This document shows positions 55,008 through 61,586 of a stretch of 64,000 bases of DNA, piece by piece (positions within the stretch are counted from its first letter, which is position 1; every line of letters starts with the position of its first letter). The notes below the pieces were generated by a model. That model was given only the letters and a program-made list of their open reading frames with translations. It was not told where the DNA came from and made no database searches. This DNA is from a virus, in the IMG/VR virus record IMGVR_UViG_3300042922_000982, positions 32,001 through 96,000 of that record; one strand, 5' to 3'. The position numbers and the translations under genes were made by a program.

Positions 55008-55541
55008 ATGACCCACACCGCCCCCGCCACGCGCATCATCACGGCGCACCGCGCCCTCAACGAGCCCGCCCCCGGCACCGACGCCGTGGGCAGCTACCTC
55101 TACATGATCGGCCCCGACGGCGAGCGCCGCCGCGTGACCCCGGTGGTCGACGCCAAGGAGCTGCTCTACAACTGGATCGACCGCCAGGGCTGGGAGCGCG
55201 TGCTGCCGATCGTGCCCGGCACCCCGGCCGCCTTCACGCGCGAGGTCCGCGTGGACTACGACGAGTGGGAGCCGAACGCCCCGGCCCCGGAGCGCCCGGA
55301 CACCACGCGCGTCGAGCGCGCGGGCGAGGGCACCGAGCACGATCGCCACATGGTCTACGACGGCGACACCTACCTGGGCTATGTGCGCTACGGCTCCTTC
55401 AACAACTGGGAGGTCGCGCGCTGGGAGCCCTGGCAGGACGGCCCGCACACGATCGCCTTCATGCACACGCTCGACATGGCGATCGACAAGCTGGCCCAGG
55501 CCGCGCGCGCGAACCGTGGCGCGCTCGGCCCGCGCTACTAG
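55008..55541 (+). CDS. hypothetical protein
   Basis: Start-associated motif. Confidence 0.8.
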   Translation: MTHTAPATRIITAHRALNEPAPGTDAVGSYLYMIGPDGERRRVTPVVDAKELLYNWIDRQGWERVLPIVPGTPAAFTREVRVDYDEWEPNAPAPERPDTTRVERAGEGTEHDRHMVYDGDTYLGYVRYGSFNNWEVARWEPWQDGPHTIAFMHTLDMAIDKLAQAARANRGALGPRY

Positions 55542-55551
55542 GGGCGCGCCC

Positions 55552-55812
55552 ATGCCCCGCCGCAAGTACGACCCGCTCGACACGGCCCGCGCCCCCTTTT
55601 ACACCTGCATCATCTGCGGGGGGCTGGGGGCCTGGCTGGCCGAGCCCACCGTGACGGGAGGGCCCAAGGGCTGGCCCTCTTTTCGCCTCTACACCTGCGA
55701 CGCGCACTTGGCGGAAGGCATCCGCAAGCTGCCGCGCCGCGTCTATGGCTACCCCGGCCGGGTGCGCGTGACGCACATTCCCGGCGTGACCGAGGAGAAC
55801 CGCAATGGCTAA
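55552..55812 (+). CDS. small Zn-finger protein (CIIC...CDAH)
   Basis: Co-oriented ORF. Confidence 0.7.
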   Translation: MPRRKYDPLDTARAPFYTCIICGGLGAWLAEPTVTGGPKGWPSFRLYTCDAHLAEGIRKLPRRVYGYPGRVRVTHIPGVTEENRNG

Positions 55813-56137
55813 CACGATCCCCCCCGCCCTGCCCGAGCCCATCCGCGCGGCGATCGCCGAGTTCGACGACTACCGCGCGAGCAAGCGAGACTTCGGCACC
55901 TGCGACACCGAGCCGGACGGCGTGTTTCACTACGTCATCCGGCAGGCGTACGAGCGCAAGCCCTTCCCCATCAACTTGAACGCCGACCGCTGGGAAATCT
56001 TCGATGGGCCCGGCGCCGACGCGGTGGCCGACGGGCTCAACGATCGCGCCCGCAAGGTCTACGACGCCATCCTCAAGCATGCCACCTCGGACGACAAGCC
56101 CGCCCTGGCGGGCTACGCCTGGCGCGTGCGCTTCTAA
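55805..56137 (+). CDS. hypothetical phage protein (FGTCDTEP)
   Basis: GAGGAG SD. Confidence 0.8.
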   Translation: MANTIPPALPEPIRAAIAEFDDYRASKRDFGTCDTEPDGVFHYVIRQAYERKPFPINLNADRWEIFDGPGADAVADGLNDRARKVYDAILKHATSDDKPALAGYAWRVRF

Positions 56138-56211
56138 GTCCTCCCGCCCCGGTGCCGGTGCACCGGGGCCCTTCCCCGTCACCCCCTCGATTCCCGACAA
56201 GGAGAACCGCC

Positions 56212-57408
56212 ATGAGCACCCTCACCTCCGACGCCTACGGCTGGCCGCAGCCCCCGGCAACCTCCATCTGCGGCCAGTGCGGCCACGTGGCCTGCCTGGC
56301 GCCCGACGCCCCCGCGCGCTACACCTGCGCCACCTGCCAATTCGTCATGCCCTACGACCCCGGCCCCGTGATGGGCTACGCCTGGAACCGGGATCCGGCC
56401 GCGCCCTACTGCCTGGCGCACCGGCCCGGCACCGACGAGACGTCCGCGCGCCAGGACACGCCCGACCTGTACCTGCGCGAGGTGACGGTGACCGACTTGC
56501 CCGCCGTCGTGGCGGCGGGCAACGCCGGGATCCGCTGCTGCGTGTGCGGCGCCCCCCTGCGCTCGGCGGAGGACCTCGCGGCCGATCGCGAGCACGAGGC
56601 CGCCATGAACGCGCACAACGCCGAGATGGCCGCGTACCTCGAAGCGAACCCGCCCGAGGACGACAGCCTGGCCGCCCACCTGAAGGACACGCTCGCGCGC
56701 ATCCCCGATGGCCCCGCCTTCGTGCTGGCGCGCAACTTCATCCTGAACCGGATCGACGGGCAAGACGGCTGCGATTGCTACGACGGCGCGCCCGATTGCC
56801 CGCCGCCCGGCCGCGTGCGCTGCGAGTTCTGCGAGGGCATCGCCGCGCTCGAGGCCATGGGCGATCGCGGCAAGGAGGCGCTCGCCAGGCTGCAAGACTT
56901 CGCCTCCGAAGCGTACGCCATGCGCCGCGCGGTGCGCATGGTCGAGGCGATGAACAAGAGCACGAGCCCCGAGGGCATGGCCATCCTGCGCGCGGCCATG
57001 CAAGCCTACCCCAAGCACGGCTTCGGCCCGGTGCCCACCGAGGACACCCCCCACGGCCTCCGCTACCACTGGCTGGTGCCCTACCCCACGCCGCACCACC
57101 TCGACCTGGCCGGGTACGAGAACCGGCAAGTCGAGGTGACGGAGACCTGGGTCGTGAACGGTGCGATTCCGAATGTGCCCGAGTGCAAGCTGCCGCTCAG
57201 CGGGGCGATCGGCGCGATCGGCCTCGCGGTGGAGTGGCACATGAATCCACCCAGCAGCACGCACCTGAGCGTCTCCGTCCCCGTGATCGACCCCGCCAAG
57301 GTGCGCGCGGCGGCGGCCACCCTTCACGGCCACGGGGCGATTGACGTGTTCGTCGAGCGCATCACCACCGAGCGCGAGGACATCGCCCCGCCCTCCCTCA
57401 CCGTCTAA
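56212..57408 (+). CDS. multi-Zn-finger hypothetical protein
   Basis: Start-associated motif; multiple CxxC. Confidence 0.8.
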   Translation: MSTLTSDAYGWPQPPATSICGQCGHVACLAPDAPARYTCATCQFVMPYDPGPVMGYAWNRDPAAPYCLAHRPGTDETSARQDTPDLYLREVTVTDLPAVVAAGNAGIRCCVCGAPLRSAEDLAADREHEAAMNAHNAEMAAYLEANPPEDDSLAAHLKDTLARIPDGPAFVLARNFILNRIDGQDGCDCYDGAPDCPPPGRVRCEFCEGIAALEAMGDRGKEALARLQDFASEAYAMRRAVRMVEAMNKSTSPEGMAILRAAMQAYPKHGFGPVPTEDTPHGLRYHWLVPYPTPHHLDLAGYENRQVEVTETWVVNGAIPNVPECKLPLSGAIGAIGLAVEWHMNPPSSTHLSVSVPVIDPAKVRAAAATLHGHGAIDVFVERITTEREDIAPPSLTV

Positions 57409-57459
57409 CCCCACCCCCTGGGCTGCCCGCGCGGGCGGCCCCAACAAGAGGAGAGTCCC

Positions 57460-57891
57460 ATGAGCACCATCGAGAACCCGGCCCACTCGGTCGTCTTGTC
57501 CGCCCCCATTCCCGAGCAGATGCACATCGTCCATGCGATCCTGAGCCAATGGTGGCTGCAAGCCAACGGCGGCGGCAGCACCCCCGAGGGCGACGAGCAC
57601 GCGAGCGGCCAGGCCCGATTGGCCCTGGCCGCCCTGCACCAATCGGCCTGGCCCATGACCGACGGCCAGCTGATCCCCATCCAGGGCGCCATCGAGGCCC
57701 TGGGGCGTCACCGTGCCAGCCTGTCGGTGCGCGCGCCCGGCACCGTCGACCTGTATGACCACCTGCGCGCGGTGTTGTCGGTGATCGCCCTCAAGAACGC
57801 CTTTGTCGAGGGCGCGCTCGCGATCGCCATGAAAGACGTGGCGCCCGGCAGCCTGCCGACCGGCTTCGAGCCCGGCGCGGAGGTGAGCTGA
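57460..57891 (+). CDS. hypothetical protein
   Basis: GAGGAG SD. Confidence 0.75.
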   Translation: MSTIENPAHSVVLSAPIPEQMHIVHAILSQWWLQANGGGSTPEGDEHASGQARLALAALHQSAWPMTDGQLIPIQGAIEALGRHRASLSVRAPGTVDLYDHLRAVLSVIALKNAFVEGALAIAMKDVAPGSLPTGFEPGAEVS

Positions 57892-58475
57892 TGCGCCCGC
57901 CGATCACCCTCCCCGACGTAACGATCGCCATGGGCAACGACGGCCGCTGGCACGTCAGCACCTGGGCGCACACCAAGCTCGGCACCGTGCTGCCCCTGTC
58001 GGCCTCGACCGCCACGGTTACGCTCTCCTGGCACGCCGACAAGCAGCCCGCGTGGGAGAACGAGTGGACCCATGGCTCCTACTCGGTCATCGGCGTCGAC
58101 CTGATGCGCGGGGCCGTGCAGAGCCTGCTCGATCGAGTCAATGCCCTGCGCCTCCCGAGCGAGGACCTCGCCCCGGCCGACAACGCGGCCGAATTGCATG
58201 GGGCGGCACAAGTGCCCGCCGGGGATGCTTCAGGCACCCTGTCGGGGCAGCAGGAGGGCAAGGCGGAGCCGTTGGGCTACGCCTTCGCGCACGGCCTCTG
58301 CCAGAAGCTCGACGCGCACCTCGGAAGCCTGAGCGCCCAGCTGGCTGGTGGCACCGCCACCCCCGAGCTTGTCGCCCGGCACGTCCGCAAGTCGATCAAG
58401 GGCATGCGCACCTTGATCGATCGCATCGAGTTCCACACCGGCTGCAACGCGCAAGAGGCCCCCACCGATGCCTGA
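57891..58475 (+). CDS. hypothetical protein
   Basis: TGATG coupling. Confidence 0.75.
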   Translation: MRPPITLPDVTIAMGNDGRWHVSTWAHTKLGTVLPLSASTATVTLSWHADKQPAWENEWTHGSYSVIGVDLMRGAVQSLLDRVNALRLPSEDLAPADNAAELHGAAQVPAGDASGTLSGQQEGKAEPLGYAFAHGLCQKLDAHLGSLSAQLAGGTATPELVARHVRKSIKGMRTLIDRIEFHTGCNAQEAPTDA

Positions 58476-58704
58476 GCCGCCCGTACCCCCCGCGCGGCGC
58501 ACACCCACCGCGCACGCCGCGCACACGAAGCCCTGTGGGTGCGCCTCCCCGGAGGCAGCCTTCACCACCTGCCCGTGCGGCGCCTGCTACGACGCCACCG
58601 TGCTGAGCTTCCACGCCTTCCGCTGCTACGATTGCGGGCGCGTGCGCAGCAGCAATCCCCACCCCCGACCGAAAGGAGCCCCCGATGGCTTGCCAAAAAT
58701 GTGA
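58468..58704 (+). CDS. small Cys-rich protein
   Basis: GAGG SD; CPCGAC...CYDC. Confidence 0.6.
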   Translation: MPEPPVPPARRTPTAHAAHTKPCGCASPEAAFTTCPCGACYDATVLSFHAFRCYDCGRVRSSNPHPRPKGAPDGLPKM

Positions 58705-59314
58705 CGCCGAAGCCCTGGCCAGCGAGCTTCGCGCCATGCCCCCCGACGCCTTCCACGCCCTGCACCGGCACCACGCCGAGGCGCGCACGAAGGCGGGCGA
58801 GGAGTACTCGCGGCTCAACGACATCGTTCACGCCTACGACCGCGAGCTGGACCTTCGCCAGCGCGAGGTCAACCAGGGCCTGCGCGAGTCGAACAAGCAC
58901 CCGCTCAACAGCGAGCGGCCGTCGGTGCACCCGAACGTCCCGCTCATGACGCCCCAGGTGATCGCCTTGATCACGTCGGCGGCGAGCGCCCTGCACTACG
59001 CGGGCAGGCACGGGCGCCTGCCGTCGGGCGGCGAGGAGCGCGGCAACGCGATCGATTGCCTCGACATGAGCAAGCAGCTGAGCGCGGCGATCGCCAAGGG
59101 CCCGAGGTACAAATGGGGCACCGCCCGCGAGACCGGCGAGGGCGCCATGACCGGCCGCCACCTGGTGCTCGCCAACGCGGAGGTGGGCGAGGGCACCCTG
59201 AGCGCCTGCGGCATGGCGGTCCACCTGACCGGCGCGCCGGGAGCGCAGACCGGCTGCTCGGCCTGCGAGCAACTCGCCGACGATCACCCCGAGGTCATCG
59301 AGCGCAAGTCCTGA
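58685..59314 (+). CDS. hypothetical protein with C-terminal H-C-CxxC
   Basis: AAAGGAG SD; RHLV...SACG...CSAC. Confidence 0.75.
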   Translation: MACQKCDAEALASELRAMPPDAFHALHRHHAEARTKAGEEYSRLNDIVHAYDRELDLRQREVNQGLRESNKHPLNSERPSVHPNVPLMTPQVIALITSAASALHYAGRHGRLPSGGEERGNAIDCLDMSKQLSAAIAKGPRYKWGTARETGEGAMTGRHLVLANAEVGEGTLSACGMAVHLTGAPGAQTGCSACEQLADDHPEVIERKS

Positions 59315-59330
59315 CCCCCACGCACCTGCA

Positions 59331-59362
59331 AGGCCCGGCCGCACCACGCGGCCGGGCCTTTT
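59331..59362 (+). terminator. intrinsic terminator
   Basis: AGGCCCGGCCGC/GCGGCCGGGCCT followed by T run. Confidence 0.75.
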
Positions 59363-59395
59363 GTCGTTTGGCCCATTGGATCCGGCCGGGCGCGG

Positions 59396-59404
59396 TGCTA
59401 TAAT
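59396..59404 (+). promoter_or_regulatory. extended -10 promoter TGcTATAAT
   Basis: Consensus TGn-TATAAT between a terminator and the next SD. Confidence 0.65.
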
Positions 59405-59441
59405 GTGTTATGTTTCACCTGCCTGCCGAAAGGAGCCCGCC

Positions 59442-59759
59442 ATGGCCGTCCGCGATCCCGAGAGCCACCTGCGCCAGGCCATCGAGGAGGCCGTGCACCA
59501 CCTCAAGCACGCCCGCCGCCCGATCGCGATCGTCGGCTACTCCCCGGTCGATGCCGCCCTCGAGACCCTGGAGCGCGCCCTGCGCGGCGTGACGCCCGCG
59601 CCCGATTGCCTGGAGGGCGCGCACCCCGCCGACTTCCGCCTCACCACCGGGCAGCCCGAGGTCGACCCGGTGCACGCCTGCGCCGCGCACCTGCCGCTCG
59701 CCCTGAGCCGCTACAAGAACGCCCAGGTGGTTGCGCTTGAGCAAGCAGGCGTGGTATAG
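59442..59759 (+). CDS. hypothetical protein
   Basis: AAAGGAG SD. Confidence 0.75.
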   Translation: MAVRDPESHLRQAIEEAVHHLKHARRPIAIVGYSPVDAALETLERALRGVTPAPDCLEGAHPADFRLTTGQPEVDPVHACAAHLPLALSRYKNAQVVALEQAGVV

Positions 59760-59796
59760 TCGCGGCTGCTTGTCTGGCTTCAACGGTTCTCATCCG

Positions 59797-59827
59797 AAAG
59801 GCCCGGTCCCTGTGGACCGGGCCTTTT
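59797..59827. terminator. bidirectional terminator at the strand switch
   Basis: AAAGGCCCGGTCC-CTGT-GGACCGGGCCTTTT between convergent genes. Confidence 0.8.
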
Positions 59828-59834
59828 GGTGTCT

Positions 59835-60470
59835 TTAGCCCCACACGCCGTAGGTGTTCGGCTTCGGCGGCACCGGGCCGTCGGCGGCCGGGCCCGGCCG
59901 CCGGGGCTGCGTCGCCTTCGGCGCGGGCGGGGTGTAGGGCGTCACCTCGGCGTCGGAGCGAACGTAGAGCGGGTGGCGCGGGTGACCATCCTTCGTGGTG
60001 CCGAGCGCGTGGAGCTGCTTGTCCGGCACCTCGCGGGCGAGCAAGTCGAGCACCTCGCGATCGCGGCCCCGGTAGGTGCCGTCGGTGCCCCACGCGGCCA
60101 CGGGGATGTCGGCGCGGCGGACCGCCTCGACGATCGCGCGGTCGTTGGCGGCACTCGACGGCTCGTCGACGGTGCGCAGGCCCTTCGGGTCGGTCGAGCG
60201 CAGATCGAATAGGTTGACGACCTCCAGCCGCCCGGCGCCCAGGCGCTTGGCGTGCTTGACGCAGCGCGTCACGGTCGGGTCGAGCTTGAAGGCGTCCGCG
60301 ACCGAGGGATTCAGCATCAAGAACGTGGCCGTCTTGGGGTTGTCGGGATCCCACTCGCGGGTCAGGTGCTGGCGGTGCGTGCGCGCCTGGTTGAACACGG
60401 CCGAGGCGCGGCCGTGGGGGCCGTCGTCCTGGTGGTCGATCACCAATTCGGGGGCGAGGTAGTCGGGCAT
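59835..60470 (-). CDS. DUF1643 domain protein
   Basis: AAAGGAGGACCGCC-ATG; FLMLNPSVAD...DPTVTRC, VVNLFDLRSTDP, VAAWG, TKDGHPRHPLY. Confidence 0.88.
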   Translation of the reverse strand: MPDYLAPELVIDHQDDGPHGRASAVFNQARTHRQHLTREWDPDNPKTATFLMLNPSVADAFKLDPTVTRCVKHAKRLGAGRLEVVNLFDLRSTDPKGLRTVDEPSSAANDRAIVEAVRRADIPVAAWGTDGTYRGRDREVLDLLAREVPDKQLHALGTTKDGHPRHPLYVRSDAEVTPYTPPAPKATQPRRPGPAADGPVPPKPNTYGVWG

Positions 60471-60550
60471 GGCGGTCCTCCTTTCAAGGGAGCCCCATGA
60501 TAGCGCAAGACCCCCGGCTTGCCGAGGGTCTTGCTGGCCTTGACGGCCCA

Positions 60551-60640
60551 TGGCGCTGGGGCGGGACTCGAACCCGCATGCCCCGCTCGGGGGCAAGGTT
60601 GCGCACACACCCTCCGTCTACCGTCTTCCGGCACCCAGCG
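60551..60640 (-). tRNA. tRNA-like RNA, Leu/Ser-type long variable arm, non-canonical anticodon arm
   Basis: CGCTGGG/CCCAGCG acceptor, GGTAGAC D-loop, GCGGG-TTCGAGT-CCCGC T-arm, ends CCA; anticodon loop TGTGCGC lacks U33. Confidence 0.7.
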
Positions 60641-60665
60641 GTTCCAGTGTAGCACGCAAACGGCA

Positions 60666-60693
60666 ACACACCCCGGCGATCGCCGGGGTGTGT
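60666..60693. repeat. 28-bp perfect palindrome between the tRNA-like genes
   Basis: ACACACCCCGGCGATCGCCGGGGTGTGT. Confidence 0.9.
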
Positions 60694-60695
60694 CG

Positions 60696-60836
60696 TGACC
60701 GGAGCAGGACTCGAACCTGCAAGGGCTTGTCCCACGGGTTTCCCCGCACCCGCCGTTCACGGCGAGCAGCCTATCTCCCACGTCTGAGGTGGGTAGTCGT
60801 CCTTTCAGGCAGCGTATGCCATTCCGCCACCCGGCC
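60696..60836 (-). tRNA. 141-nt expanded tRNA-Leu(CAG)-like RNA
   Basis: GGCCGGG/TCCGGTC-A acceptor, GCGGAATGGCATACGC D-arm, CCCAC-CTCAGAC-GTGGG anticodon hairpin, GCAGG-TTCGAGT-CCTGC T-arm. Confidence 0.75.
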
Positions 60837-60959
60837 GGTGGCCAGTGTAGCATGCGATCGCCACATACACCCAGGCCCCGGACCGTGGGGTCCGGGGCCT
60901 GGGTGCGTCTACCCCCTCTGAGAGGAAGGTTGAAAGGGTGGGGTTTTGGCAAGGTGATC

Positions 60960-61290
60960 CCCGAACTTCGGAGCAAGCTCCGGGCGCCACGCAGGGCGAC
61001 GCCACCTGCACCGTGTAAATTTCCAACTCAATCCCAACTCTTGCAAGCGGGGCGGGGTCGGCCACGGTGCGCCTCGAATCTGGTGGGGCTGCGCGGCGGG
61101 ATTGAGGCCCGCCGTCAAGCCGCTCTGATGCAAGGGAGCGACCACCATTCACGCGATTTCAGGTCGCGCTAACCGAGGGATTGTTCGCCGCTGGGCGCCC
61201 CCACTCCTTGCCGAGCCTGGGAAAGCTTGCCGGGGCTGCCTGCCGGGGCCGAAACCCCCGCCGCCGCCGCCGTGCGCTGCGAACAAGCTA
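60960..61290. ncRNA. candidate structured non-coding RNA
   Basis: No credible ORF; many nested stems; followed by a terminator-like hairpin. Confidence 0.35.
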
Positions 61291-61297
61291 ATATTAA

Positions 61298-61338
61298 CCC
61301 GCCCCTAACCTGGCTGGCAAGGGGCGGGCCTGTTTTTT
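61298..61338. terminator. terminator-like hairpin, possibly bidirectional
   Basis: CCCGCCCCT/AGGGGCGGG with TTTTTT on + and TTAATATT on -. Confidence 0.6.
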
Positions 61339-61565
61339 CACGAATTGATCGCCGATTCGTCGCGGGCCACCACCTGCTCGTAGACGATGTCCTCGGCTAC
61401 GAGCCAATCGTGGACCGCCTGTTCGGCGTCGTCGAGGCTTGATCTGGCGATGGTGATCTGCAAGGTGCGGGGCCTGGGAAGATCCTTCAAGTGCAGGGTG
61501 GTGGTGCGCTCCGCTGATACGAAGCGCACCCCCGACACCGTCACCTGGAAGGTCGTCTGTTCCAT
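61338..61565 (-). CDS. small hypothetical protein
   Basis: Co-oriented with and just downstream of the helicase gene. Confidence 0.65.
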   Translation of the reverse strand: MEQTTFQVTVSGVRFVSAERTTTLHLKDLPRPRTLQITIARSSLDDAEQAVHDWLVAEDIVYEQVVARDESAINS

Positions 61566-61586
61566 GGCCCCGGCCCTGCCGATCGC

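Noticed and set aside
210-57762. Long - strand and alternate-frame ORFs (e.g. 210-1559, 6430-7854, 23819-25318, 56179-57762)
   Set aside because: Shadow ORFs caused by high GC3 of the real + strand genes; no SDs and low-complexity Arg/Gly/Ala/Val translations.
60696-60836. tmRNA or group I intron-containing tRNA
   Set aside because: Too short, no G3-U70 Ala identity or tag ORF, and the insertions flank rather than interrupt an intact anticodon loop.
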